In this document: piece after piece, positions 20,354-29,598 of the stretch
Layout: each line of letters starts with the position of its first letter
Position numbering within the stretch: position 1 is the first letter of the stretch
Assembly (NCBI GenBank): GCA_934096405.1
Contig: CAKOLW010000004.1
Location: 595 to 64,594, forward strand
Source: an uncultured Bacilli bacterium
Lineage (GTDB): Bacteria > Bacillota_I > Bacilli_A > RF39 > UBA660
Length of the DNA: 64,000 nt
Reading direction: 5' to 3'
Made by a program: the position numbers and the translations under genes
Notes under the pieces: generated by a model
Databases searched by the model: none
The model's input: only the letters and a program-made list of their open reading frames with translations
Told to the model about the DNA's origin: nothing

Positions 20354-22456
20354 ATGTTTAATATGAATAATGAAGAAAACGAAAATGTTTTAGAAAAATA
20401 TGGTCGTAATATAAATGAAGATGTTAAGAATCGTAAAATTGATCCTATTATTGGTCGTGATGAAGAAATTCGTAACATCACTAGAATACTTTCTAGAAAA
20501 ACAAAAAACAACCCTGTTCTTATAGGAGAACCAGGTGTAGGTAAAACAGCTATTGTAGAAGGACTTGCCGAAAGAATAGTAAAAGGAGATGTTCCAGAAA
20601 GTTTAAAAAATAAAACAATTTGGGAACTTAACATGGCTAGTTTAATCGCAGGTGCTAAATACCGTGGAGAATTTGAAGAAAGACTAAAAAAAGTACTTGA
20701 TGAAATAAAGAAAAGTGAAGGAAATCTAATAATGTTTATTGATGAAATTCATTTAATTGTAGGTACAGGCGCTGTGGATGGTGCTATGGACACAGGTAAT
20801 ATTCTAAAACCTATGCTAGCGCGTGGAGAAATACATGTAATAGGTGCTACTACTTTAAATGAATACAGAATGTACATTGAAAAAGATGGAGCACTTGAAA
20901 GAAGATTTCAAAAAGTAATAGTCGCTGAACCAACTGTAGAAGACACAATAACAATACTTCGTGGTTTAAAAGAAAGATTTGAAATATATCATGGAGTTAC
21001 AATTCAAGATAAAGCATTAATAAGCGCAGCAACCCTATCTAATAGATATATTACAGATAGATTTTTACCAGATAAAGCTATTGACTTAGTCGATGAAGCA
21101 TGTGCTACCATAAGAGTTCAAATGGATAGTGTCCCTACTTCACTTGATGAAATAACAAGAAAAATACTTACATTACAAGTAGAAAAAGAAGCACTAAAAA
21201 AAGAAAAAGATGAACTTTCTATAAAAAGACTTGAATCATTAGATAAAGAATTATATGATTTAAAATCTAAGGAACAAGAACTAAGTTCTAAATGGAAAGA
21301 AGAAAAAAATACAAATGAAGAAATAAAAAAAGTTAAATCTGATATATCTAAATATACTTATGAATTTGAAAATGCTAAAAACACTTATAACCTAGAACAA
21401 GCAGCAAGAATAAAAAATGAAATATTACCAAAACTAAAAGATAAATTAGATGAATTATCTAAAAATAGTAAAAACGGAATATTATCAGATACTGTAACAA
21501 GTGATGATATTGCAAATGTTATAAGCAAGTGGACAAACATACCAATTTCAAAAGTAATAAGTAGTGAAAAAGATAAAATATTAAATTTATACGACAACTT
21601 AAAGAAAAGAGTTAAAGGTCAACACAAAGCATTAAAACTTGTAAGTGACGCTATTATAAGGTCAAGAAGTGGTATAAAAGACCCAAATAAGCCTATTGGT
21701 ACATTCATGTTTCTAGGACCTACTGGTGTTGGTAAAACAGAAGTTGCAAGAAGTTTAGCATATGAACTATTTGATGATGAAAAACACATGATAAGAATTG
21801 ATATGAGTGAATATATGGAAAAATATTCAGTTTCTAGATTAATTGGAGCCGCACCAGGATATGTTGGTTATGAAGAAGGTGGACAACTTACTGAAAAAGT
21901 AAGAAGAAATCCATATTCAATAGTACTTTTTGATGAAATTGAAAAAGCTCATCCAGATGTACTTAACCTATTATTACAAATACTAGATGAAGGAAGGCTT
22001 ACTGATTCAAATGGTAGAACAGTTAACTTTAAAAACACTATAATAATTATGACATCTAATGTAGGTAGTGAATATGTACTAAGTAATGAAGAAGACAAAA
22101 TAACAAGTGAACTAAACAAATACTTTAGACCAGAATTTTTAAATAGACTAGATGAAATAATAGTATTTAATAAACTAAATAAAGAAGACTTATGCGAAAT
22201 TCTAGATAACATATTATATGAAATAGAACATAGACTAATAGATATTAATGTAAAAATAAATTTAACTAAAGAAGCAAAAGAATACTTTATAAATACTGGC
22301 TATGATGAATTTTATGGAGCAAGACCACTAAAAAGATTAGTAAGCAGTAAATTAGAAACTTTACTTGCTAAAAAATTAATAAATAATGAAATAAAATCTA
22401 ATTCAATAGTTACCATAGATTATAAAGACAATGAATTAAAATTAACCACTAACTAA
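20354..22456 (+). CDS. clpB: ClpB-type AAA+ disaggregase lacking the N-terminal domain
   Basis: 700 aa with AGGAGG 8 nt upstream. It has two Walker A motifs ([16 protein letters not shown]) and a long coiled-coil middle domain between the NBDs. The protein starts only 13 aa before the conserved LEKYGRN...[11 protein letters not shown]. Confidence 0.92.
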   Translation: MFNMNNEENENVLEKYGRNINEDVKNRKIDPIIGRDEEIRNITRILSRKTKNNPVLIGEPGVGKTAIVEGLAERIVKGDVPESLKNKTIWELNMASLIAGAKYRGEFEERLKKVLDEIKKSEGNLIMFIDEIHLIVGTGAVDGAMDTGNILKPMLARGEIHVIGATTLNEYRMYIEKDGALERRFQKVIVAEPTVEDTITILRGLKERFEIYHGVTIQDKALISAATLSNRYITDRFLPDKAIDLVDEACATIRVQMDSVPTSLDEITRKILTLQVEKEALKKEKDELSIKRLESLDKELYDLKSKEQELSSKWKEEKNTNEEIKKVKSDISKYTYEFENAKNTYNLEQAARIKNEILPKLKDKLDELSKNSKNGILSDTVTSDDIANVISKWTNIPISKVISSEKDKILNLYDNLKKRVKGQHKALKLVSDAIIRSRSGIKDPNKPIGTFMFLGPTGVGKTEVARSLAYELFDDEKHMIRIDMSEYMEKYSVSRLIGAAPGYVGYEEGGQLTEKVRRNPYSIVLFDEIEKAHPDVLNLLLQILDEGRLTDSNGRTVNFKNTIIIMTSNVGSEYVLSNEEDKITSELNKYFRPEFLNRLDEIIVFNKLNKEDLCEILDNILYEIEHRLIDINVKINLTKEAKEYFINTGYDEFYGARPLKRLVSSKLETLLAKKLINNEIKSNSIVTIDYKDNELKLTTN

Positions 22457-22472
22457 CATTTAGTGGTTTTTT
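22444..22472 (+). terminator. clpB terminator hairpin (repeat copy A)
   Basis: AACCACTAA-CTAACAT-TTAGTGGTT followed by TTTTT. The left arm encodes the last ClpB codons and the stop. Confidence 0.75.
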
Positions 22473-22473
22473 A

Positions 22474-22482
22474 TGATATAAT
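22474..22482 (+). promoter_or_regulatory. extended -10 promoter element for the Nudix gene
   Basis: TGATATAAT. The 15 nt TTTTTATGATATAAT are identical to the clpB promoter -10 region (20312..20326). Confidence 0.45.
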
Positions 22483-22506
22483 TTAACAGAAGGGAGATTT
22501 TACACT

Positions 22507-22911
22507 ATGAATGTTGTTGGAACAATGTTTTTTAAAGATAATAAACTTCTAATTGATAAACCTAGAAAAAGACCTACTTATCAAATGATTGGAGGTAGAG
22601 TTGAAGAAGGAGAAACACCATTAGAAGCCGCAATTAGAGAATGTCATGAAGAACTAGGGCCTCAAGCTTTAATAGATAATTCTTTATTTGAATTAATAAT
22701 GGAATTTGATGAAATAGCTACTAGTGATGGCAAAACACCTATTCATTTCTATGTATTTAAATATAATGGAACACTAGAAGGAAAGTTAAGTACTTCAGAA
22801 GAAATAGAAAAATTTTTATGGTATGACTCAAGTGAAAATACAGATATATTATCTAATACTCTAAAAAATGAAGTTGTGCCCTATTGTTTAAAACATAAAT
22901 ACATAAAATAG
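22507..22911 (+). CDS. Nudix hydrolase
   Basis: 134 aa with the Nudix box GGRVEEGETPLEAAIRECHEELG (GX5EX7REUXEEXGU). Confidence 0.85.
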   Translation: MNVVGTMFFKDNKLLIDKPRKRPTYQMIGGRVEEGETPLEAAIRECHEELGPQALIDNSLFELIMEFDEIATSDGKTPIHFYVFKYNGTLEGKLSTSEEIEKFLWYDSSENTDILSNTLKNEVVPYCLKHKYIK

Positions 22912-22914
22912 TCA

Positions 22915-22942
22915 AACCACTAACTAACGATTAGTGGTTTTT
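22915..22942. terminator. terminator hairpin after the Nudix gene (repeat copy B)
   Basis: AACCACTAA-CTAACGA-TTAGTGGTT followed by TTT. It is identical to copy A except for 2 loop bases. It overlaps the last codons of the convergent gene 22920..23666. Confidence 0.7.
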
Positions 22943-23666
22943 CTTTAGACAAAACATATTCTTTACTTAAAGTATTCACTATACCTTCTAAATTATTACA
23001 ATCTTTAATTAATTCAATACCTAAATAACTATTAATTCTATTTATCATATTAACTAAATTATAAACTAAATACTTAAGATCTTCCTCTTTAAAAGAAACA
23101 AAAGAAGGTTCAAAATCTATGAGTTTTAAATCGTTATTAAACATTAAGAAATTATTAGGATGAATATCTAAATAATAAATATTATTATTAACTAATTCCA
23201 ATAAAATTCTTATTATTCTAAGATAAAATAAACTACTATCTCTCTTATTAATAATATTTTTAAGCTTAGTATTATTTTTATAATACCTAATAATTTGTCC
23301 AACGACATAATTATCAACACTAACTATTCCAATAGGAAAATCTGTATCTTTTACTAAATGTTGTTTACTATGTAACATTGAAACTAATCTATCATCATAA
23401 TGCCTTTTATACTTATATTCTTGATAATCTCTATAAATTCTAAATGCATAATCATAGTCTTCTACATTTTTCATTTCATGTATTATTATTCCATTATATT
23501 CATCTTTATTAGTTGAAAACAAAGTAACTTCTTTCTTAGTTTCTAAAACAAAAAGGCCCAAAGAGGCCTGTAATTCTTTAATATTATCAAAATTTATACT
23601 TATAAGATTATCATATGTATTTCCAAATCTATTTTTAAATCCCCTCTGAATATTCACTCTCATCAC
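22920..23666 (-). CDS. small protein-kinase-fold protein (Kdo/RIO/APH-like catalytic loop)
   Basis: 248 aa. YYLDIHPNNFLMFNNDLKLIDFE matches the H-x-D-x-H-P-x-N ... I-D-F pattern of kinase-like phosphotransferases. I saw no glycine-rich loop. It lies 10 nt downstream of tatD. Confidence 0.45.
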   Translation of the reverse strand: MMRVNIQRGFKNRFGNTYDNLISINFDNIKELQASLGLFVLETKKEVTLFSTNKDEYNGIIIHEMKNVEDYDYAFRIYRDYQEYKYKRHYDDRLVSMLHSKQHLVKDTDFPIGIVSVDNYVVGQIIRYYKNNTKLKNIINKRDSSLFYLRIIRILLELVNNNIYYLDIHPNNFLMFNNDLKLIDFEPSFVSFKEEDLKYLVYNLVNMINRINSYLGIELIKDCNNLEGIVNTLSKEYVLSKEKPLIVS

Positions 23667-23676
23667 CCTTACACTT

Positions 23677-24438
23677 TTATTTTATCATATTTATATTTTT
23701 TAATCTATATACCAAAATAGCATTATTAGTAGTAATATTCATAACATTATCTAAACTTACCCCTGTATTATCACTTATACATTGAGCAATTATAGGAATA
23801 TACTTACTTTCATTCTTTTGACCTCTATAAGGTGTAGGTGCCAAATAAGGTGAATCAGTTTCAAGAACTATGTTATCTAATGATACATTCTTAATAGTAT
23901 CTTTTAATTTACTATTCTTAAAAGTAATAACTCCACCTATACCCAATTTATAACCTAATTTAATATATTCCCTAGCCGTTTCTAAACTTCCACTAAAACA
24001 ATGAATAATTCCCTTAACATTATATTCTTTTAAAATATTAATGGTATCTTCAATAGCATCCCTACTGTGAATAACTACAGGTTTATCAACTTCTGAAGCA
24101 AGTTCCAAAAAATCACGAAACACTTTAATTTGTAACTCTCTATCTTCTTTACCATAATAATAATCTAATCCTATTTCTCCTATAGCTACAACTTTATCAT
24201 TTTTTAACAACTCTCTATAATTATCAATATCACTTTCTTTATAATCTCTAACATTAGATGGATGCACTCCAATACACGTAAAAACCTCAGGATACATATT
24301 AGAAATCCTAACATTCATCAAACTACTATCTAAATCTTCACTAGCAGTCACTATAATTTTAACATTTTCTTTAATAGCATTTTCTAAATACTCTTTAACC
24401 TCTTCTTCACTAACATGACAATGAGTATCTATAAACAT
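23677..24438 (-). CDS. tatD: TatD family metal-dependent DNase/hydrolase
   Basis: 253 aa with MFIDTHCHV, GEIGLDYYY, VVIHSRDA and ETDSPYL. Confidence 0.92.
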   Translation of the reverse strand: MFIDTHCHVSEEEVKEYLENAIKENVKIIVTASEDLDSSLMNVRISNMYPEVFTCIGVHPSNVRDYKESDIDNYRELLKNDKVVAIGEIGLDYYYGKEDRELQIKVFRDFLELASEVDKPVVIHSRDAIEDTINILKEYNVKGIIHCFSGSLETAREYIKLGYKLGIGGVITFKNSKLKDTIKNVSLDNIVLETDSPYLAPTPYRGQKNESKYIPIIAQCISDNTGVSLDNVMNITTNNAILVYRLKNINMIK

Positions 24439-24448
24439 AATTCCTCCA

Positions 24449-24619
24449 TTAATCTTTTACACTAAAATATTTAACAGCTAACACTAAAAACACAACAGGA
24501 AAAATATAATCATAAAATTCATGGAATCCCATTTGTAAGAAAAATGCTATTATTGCACTACAAACTAACAACATCTTCATTAAATTTTTAAATTTACTGC
24601 TACTTGAATATGTTTTCAT
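24449..24619 (-). CDS. possible small membrane protein (56 aa), below ORF-track cutoff
   Basis: The reverse strand reads MKTYSSSSKFKNLMKMLLVCSAIIAFFLQMGFHEFYDYIFPVVFLVLAVKYFSVKD, with two hydrophobic stretches. It ends 10 nt before the tatD start. No clear Shine-Dalgarno sequence. Confidence 0.25.
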   Translation of the reverse strand: MKTYSSSSKFKNLMKMLLVCSAIIAFFLQMGFHEFYDYIFPVVFLVLAVKYFSVKD

Positions 24620-24688
24620 ATCAATCACAACTACATTGTACCAACTTTATCTAGTAAAATCTACTAAATCGACAAAACTTATCATAAA

Positions 24689-25888
24689 TTGACACATAAA
24701 ATACACTTCAATCTAATAAAATATAATATGTTAGATATATTATGGTTAATATTAATTTTTTTAATAATAATTCTTGGTATAAGATTATCTTTTTATATAA
24801 AGTTTAAAAATTATAAGATATTTACTTTAATTAAATCTTTAAACTTTAATACTTTATTTATTTCACTAGGTACTAAAATGGGTGTAGGTGCTTTGATCGG
24901 AACAAGTATGTCTGTTATAATAGGTGGCCCAGGTTCTCTTATATGGATGTTTTTATTTACTTTATTAACTTCTTCAATTATTTATACTGAAAGCTACTTA
25001 GGTAACAAATACAAAGAAACTACTTTATTTGGTAACATAAGTGGTATATACTTTTACACAAAAAAAGCTTTAAATAAAAAATCTTTAGCTATAATAACTC
25101 TAATTCTATTTATAATTACTTACTCTATATTTTTTTTAATGATACAAACTAACACTATATCAAATATACTTAATATAAATAAATATCTAATATCTTTTAT
25201 TATATTAATATTTTTACTACTATTATTAAACAACAATATTTCTGAACTTACTAAACTCATAACAAAAATAGTACCAATAGTATCTATATTCTTTATTTCA
25301 ATAAGTGTATTCGCTATTGGAAAACACTATTACATGTTACCAAGCATTATTAAACATATTATATATGATGCATTTAATTCAAAATCTATTCTAACAGGTA
25401 TGATAATAGGTATAAAAAGAAGTATATTCTTAAATGAATTATTAATAGGAACAGCATCATTCACAAGTTCATCTAATAAAAAAGAAATACCTAATACCTT
25501 AGTACTAGGAACATACTTCATAACTTTTATTATTTCTACTCTTATAGCATTACTATTGTTAACCTATACTGGTCATTATAGTACCAGTTACATAAAAACA
25601 CTCTTACAAGTATTTACTTATCACTTTGGTAATTATGGACATTACTTCTTAGCATTAATAATATGTTTACTTGGCACTAGTTCTATAATATCAGGTATAT
25701 ATATAGGTTTATCTAATCTTACACATTTAACTAATAAAAAGATTGTATTAATATTTAAAATTATTCTTACTATTTTCCTATTACTTGGTATATTTATTAG
25801 TACTAATAATTTATGGCTAATCACAGACATATCAATGTTAATACTTATATTGCTAAATATTTATATTATAAATAAAATTATAGATTAA
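24689..25888 (+). CDS. polytopic membrane transporter, divergent sodium:alanine symporter (AGCS)-like
   Basis: GTKMGVGALIGTSMSVIIGGPGSLIWMFLFTLLTSSIIYTESYLGNKYK resembles the AGCS block vGtGNIaGVa.Ai..GGPGA.FWMW. It is shorter (399 aa) than typical members. The track start is TTG, and the ATG at 24728 (MLDILW) is an alternative. Confidence 0.45.
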   Translation: MTHKIHFNLIKYNMLDILWLILIFLIIILGIRLSFYIKFKNYKIFTLIKSLNFNTLFISLGTKMGVGALIGTSMSVIIGGPGSLIWMFLFTLLTSSIIYTESYLGNKYKETTLFGNISGIYFYTKKALNKKSLAIITLILFIITYSIFFLMIQTNTISNILNINKYLISFIILIFLLLLLNNNISELTKLITKIVPIVSIFFISISVFAIGKHYYMLPSIIKHIIYDAFNSKSILTGMIIGIKRSIFLNELLIGTASFTSSSNKKEIPNTLVLGTYFITFIISTLIALLLLTYTGHYSTSYIKTLLQVFTYHFGNYGHYFLALIICLLGTSSIISGIYIGLSNLTHLTNKKIVLIFKIILTIFLLLGIFISTNNLWLITDISMLILILLNIYIINKIID

Positions 25889-25925
25889 CTTTAATTAATA
25901 TGTTATATTTATATAGGTGATACAA

Positions 25926-26594
25926 ATGATAGGAAACGATTGGGATGAAATATTAAAACCAATATGGGAAAGTCCAGGTTTTCATAATTTCATGAATATA
26001 GTAAAAGAAAAATATAAAGAAAATACATGTTTTCCTGAATATAATAACATTTTTAATGCATTAAAATTAACTCCATATAGTAAAGTAAAAGTAGTTATTC
26101 TAGGACAAGATCCTTATCATGGAGTTGGAGAAGCACATGGTTTATCATTTTCTGTACAAGATGGTATAAAAAAACCACCTTCATTAAAAAACATATTTAA
26201 AGAATTACATGATGACCTAGGTTTTGATGAACCAGAAAGTGGTAATCTGGAAAAATGGGCAAAAGAAGGAGTACTTCTACTTAACAGTGTTTTAACTGTA
26301 GAAAAAGATAAAGCTGCATCTCATAAAGATTTAGGATGGAACTTATTTACTGACCACATAATTAAATTACTTAACCAAAAAGAAACACCAATAGTATTTA
26401 TCCTTTGGGGTAATTTCGCTAGAAGTAAAAAGGTATTTATAACAAACAAAAAACACTTAGTATTAGAAAGTGTTCATCCATCCCCATTCTCAGTATATAA
26501 TGGCTTCTTTGGCAGTAAACCATTTAGTAAAACCAATAATTTTTTAATTGAAACTGGACAAACTCCAATTGATTGGAATCTAAAAAAGAACTAA
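25926..26594 (+). CDS. ung: uracil-DNA glycosylase, family 1
   Basis: GQDPYH water-activating loop, HPSPFS leucine-loop region and GVLLLN. The ATG at 25926 follows AGGTGA by 5 nt. The track GTG start is at 25917. Confidence 0.95.
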   Translation: MIGNDWDEILKPIWESPGFHNFMNIVKEKYKENTCFPEYNNIFNALKLTPYSKVKVVILGQDPYHGVGEAHGLSFSVQDGIKKPPSLKNIFKELHDDLGFDEPESGNLEKWAKEGVLLLNSVLTVEKDKAASHKDLGWNLFTDHIIKLLNQKETPIVFILWGNFARSKKVFITNKKHLVLESVHPSPFSVYNGFFGSKPFSKTNNFLIETGQTPIDWNLKKN

Positions 26595-26613
26595 ATCTCA
26601 ATATTTAGTTCTT
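26586..26613. terminator. shared hairpin across the overlapping stops of ung and the LemA-like gene
   Basis: 11-bp arms AAGAACTAAAT / ATTTAGTTCTT with a 6-nt loop. The two convergent ORFs overlap by 4 nt inside the left arm. Confidence 0.6.
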
Positions 26614-27145
26614 TTTCATCATTAGTTCTTAATTCTTTACCATCATATAAAGTTTTAATAGTTAACTTCTTAAACTTACAAATTAACTTATAAGGAAACT
26701 TAGGATATAAATTGTTAAATTCACTAGCCCACTTATTATAAAGAGTTCTAAGTCCCATAAGTTCCACTTCTATCTTTTCTATATCCCTAATCAAACCATC
26801 AAAACTTTTAACATCACTAAGTTCATGATTATCACTATATATTTTATTAATCTCAACAAAACTAGAACTAAGTAAACTATCTTTATCATAATTATTCAAC
26901 TTATCAACTTTTAAATTCTTTACTTCTTCAAATATCTTAATATCTAATTTAATTTGTCTATTTATTATATTAATAACTCTTAACTCTAAATCTTCTTTTT
27001 CTTTTAACTTATCATCTATATCATTTTCACACAACTGAGTCTTATAAGCCAAAGACAAAATATTTTCAGACTTAGTTATAAAGAATATTGCTATCAAACA
27101 TCCTACTAAAACTATAACGCCAATTATAAATAAAACTACTGTCAT
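26591..27145 (-). CDS. LemA family protein
   Basis: 184 aa with an N-terminal TM helix. The C-terminal LRTLYNKWASEFNNLYPKFPYKLI matches the LemA pattern R..YN..v..yN..i..FP..l. Confidence 0.55.
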   Translation of the reverse strand: MTVVLFIIGVIVLVGCLIAIFFITKSENILSLAYKTQLCENDIDDKLKEKEDLELRVINIINRQIKLDIKIFEEVKNLKVDKLNNYDKDSLLSSSFVEINKIYSDNHELSDVKSFDGLIRDIEKIEVELMGLRTLYNKWASEFNNLYPKFPYKLICKFKKLTIKTLYDGKELRTNDEKELNIEI

Positions 27146-27198
27146 ACTATCAACTCCTATAATAATAATACCATAATTTAAGATAGAAAAAAAGAGTA

Positions 27199-27747
27199 TT
27201 ATAACTCACTATAAGAATTAATATAAATTAAATTACTCTTATCTTCACTCTTTTTATATAAAGATATCGCCTTATATCCTTTATCAAAAAATAAATCCAT
27301 AAATATATTTTTACTAGGTTCTTCATTTAAATACATAGATTTAATACCATCATCATAATAAATAATCATATAATTATATTCACTTTTAATAAACTCTTCT
27401 TTTAACTTTAAATATTCATTTAAATAATTATCTAAAACCCAGTCTTTATTTATATCTTCTTTAGATTCAAACTTTTTCTTATCTTTATGTTTTAAAACTA
27501 ATTTATTATTAACGATTTCATAACTATAATCAGTTCCATAATAAGGTATATCACTTTCTATAAAAAATAATTCAATATCTACATAAGTCAATTCATCATT
27601 AATCGCGTCTTTTAATTTATTTAAATCTTCTTCATTAATGTTACTTAAATCCATTATAATTTCTCTATCATCTAATTTAATTACATTCAACTCAATAGTT
27701 ATAACTTCTTTACTTTGAGAGTTTTCAATATCTATCTCTGATTTCAT
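27199..27747 (-). CDS. hypothetical acidic cytoplasmic protein
   Basis: 182 aa, Asp/Glu-rich, with no TM helix. It lies 8 nt downstream of the hybrid kinase gene. No family recognised. Confidence 0.45.
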   Translation of the reverse strand: MKSEIDIENSQSKEVITIELNVIKLDDREIIMDLSNINEEDLNKLKDAINDELTYVDIELFFIESDIPYYGTDYSYEIVNNKLVLKHKDKKKFESKEDINKDWVLDNYLNEYLKLKEEFIKSEYNYMIIYYDDGIKSMYLNEEPSKNIFMDLFFDKGYKAISLYKKSEDKSNLIYINSYSEL

Positions 27748-27755
27748 AAATCCTC

Positions 27756-29522
27756 CTATAAATATTTACTTAACTTATCATATAATTCATCAGAATTAAT
27801 AGGTTTACCAATAAAATCATCAAAACCACTTTCTAATAAATTATCTTTATTTTTAAGATTTTCTGTATAAGCAATAATTGGTTTATCAAACCCATAATCA
27901 AACTTTAATTCTTTCATAGTCTGTATTCCATCTAATATATTCATTTCATCATAAAGTAAAATTAAATCATAATTATTATTTTTAACCATTTCAATCGCAT
28001 CTACCCCAGACTTAACAAAATCAACATCTATTCCATAAGACTTTAATACCATCTTATCAACACTAACAGTAAGCATTCTATCATCAACCATTAATATCTT
28101 TTTCACATCTTCATTTTTATTACTTTTAACATACCTTAAATATTGTGAAAACATAACTAACACATAAGTGCCTTCTCCTTTTTCACTTCTAAGTACAATA
28201 TTTCCATGCATTAACTCCACTAGGCTTTTAGTAATAGTAAGTCCTAAACCCAAACCTAAAATTGATGAATTCTTAACATCATTTTCTCTTACAAACTTAT
28301 TAAATACTTTCGTTTTCATATTAGGTTCAATACCTTTCCCAGTATCACTTATTTGAATAGTAAAGAAACATTCATCTCTATCTTCTCTAGCAAGTACATT
28401 CATACTTATCTTACCATTATTAGTATACTTAACAGCATTATTTAAAAGATTAATTAATATTGTTTTAAATTTATTCTTATCTCCATAAACCTTATCAGGT
28501 ATATTTTTATAATTAGTTACAAACTCTATTTTACTACTTTTAATTCTTTTATTTATTAACTTAGTTACATCATCTAATACATCCATCGGATTATATTCTT
28601 TACATTCAACTTTCATATTTCCACTTTCTAATTGAACCATATTCAAAATACCATCACTCATATCTAATAAACTATCAACAGATGTATTTAATTCATCTAA
28701 TACTTCTTTACTACCTTTGCTAAGACTACTATCATCATTAAGTATTTCTATACAACCCTTTATATTATTCATAGGTGTTCTTATTTCATGAGACATACTA
28801 GATAAAAACTCATTTTTAGCATCATTAGCTTTTAATGCAGTACTCTTAGCTAACTCCATTTCATTTAATATTTTAACATCAGGATTTTCAATAGTGAAAT
28901 ACATTAAAAAAGTAATAAAACCAATTAAATAAGTAAGTAATAACAACTCAGGCCTAATATATTGTACATACATAACAATAGTTCCCAATATCAAAATTCC
29001 ATATAAAGGATAATATTTCTTATTACACATTTTCTTAGCATTTAATAATACTATAATAAGCCATATTAACACCATAAATGCCGCCACTACAAACACAACA
29101 TTTGCTGCTGGTCCATAGCTATAAATAGTATTATTTTCATTATGGTAATATAAAGGACATAAACTAATAACTATTACAAATATAATCATTGCAATTCTAA
29201 ATATCATTGATTTGACAAAATTTAATCCATAAAGTACCTTACTATTAGAAATACCCATTAAATAAATAGTAAATAGTAAAAGCCATGCAAGATAACCCAC
29301 TAATAGTGATTTACTTACTATATTATTTAAAATCTGAAAAGAGGCATTATATTTTATAGTAAAAAACGACATAATGGCAAGACAGCTAACAATTAAATTT
29401 ATAATAACTAAATATTTGTAAGTTATAGTTTCAAAACTATTAACTCTTTTTTTACTAAAATATACAATTGTAAGCAAAATATTAAATAAAATTATTGCCA
29501 AAGTAAAAAAATTATTCCCCAT
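27756..29522 (-). CDS. hybrid sensor histidine kinase (multi-TM sensor, HisKA, HATPase, receiver)
   Basis: 588 aa with about 6 N-terminal TM helices and the H-box FLSSMSHEIRTPMNNI. It has an N-box LLNNAVKYT and G-boxes DTGKGI / GLGLGL. The C-terminal receiver shows KILMVDD, DLILLYDEMNILDG and GKP. Confidence 0.85.
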   Translation of the reverse strand: MGNNFFTLAIILFNILLTIVYFSKKRVNSFETITYKYLVIINLIVSCLAIMSFFTIKYNASFQILNNIVSKSLLVGYLAWLLLFTIYLMGISNSKVLYGLNFVKSMIFRIAMIIFVIVISLCPLYYHNENNTIYSYGPAANVVFVVAAFMVLIWLIIVLLNAKKMCNKKYYPLYGILILGTIVMYVQYIRPELLLLTYLIGFITFLMYFTIENPDVKILNEMELAKSTALKANDAKNEFLSSMSHEIRTPMNNIKGCIEILNDDSSLSKGSKEVLDELNTSVDSLLDMSDGILNMVQLESGNMKVECKEYNPMDVLDDVTKLINKRIKSSKIEFVTNYKNIPDKVYGDKNKFKTILINLLNNAVKYTNNGKISMNVLAREDRDECFFTIQISDTGKGIEPNMKTKVFNKFVRENDVKNSSILGLGLGLTITKSLVELMHGNIVLRSEKGEGTYVLVMFSQYLRYVKSNKNEDVKKILMVDDRMLTVSVDKMVLKSYGIDVDFVKSGVDAIEMVKNNNYDLILLYDEMNILDGIQTMKELKFDYGFDKPIIAYTENLKNKDNLLESGFDDFIGKPINSDELYDKLSKYL

Positions 29523-29561
29523 TTTTATTCACCTACTCTTTAAATTAATTATATAATATTT

Positions 29562-29594
29562 ACATAAAAAATCAAACCTATTTCTAGATTTGAT
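29562..29594 (-). terminator. intrinsic terminator after the AMP-ligase gene
   Basis: ATCAAA-C-CTA TTTC TAG-A-TTTGAT hairpin with one mismatch, followed on the minus strand by TTTTTAT. Confidence 0.5.
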
Positions 29595-29598
29595 CAGT

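Noticed and set aside
20308-20634. 108-aa minus-strand ORF antisense to the 5-prime part of clpB
   Set aside because: It lies entirely within the clpB P-loop region and the CIRCE/promoter region. Its low-complexity Ser/Leu/Phe composition is typical of antisense frames of AT-rich genes. It has no RBS. The clpB frame carries unmistakable motifs.
24620-24688. Glycine riboswitch ahead of the AGCS-like transporter
   Set aside because: The sequence is too short and too AT-rich, and it has none of the conserved GGAGAG / CACCG-type elements.
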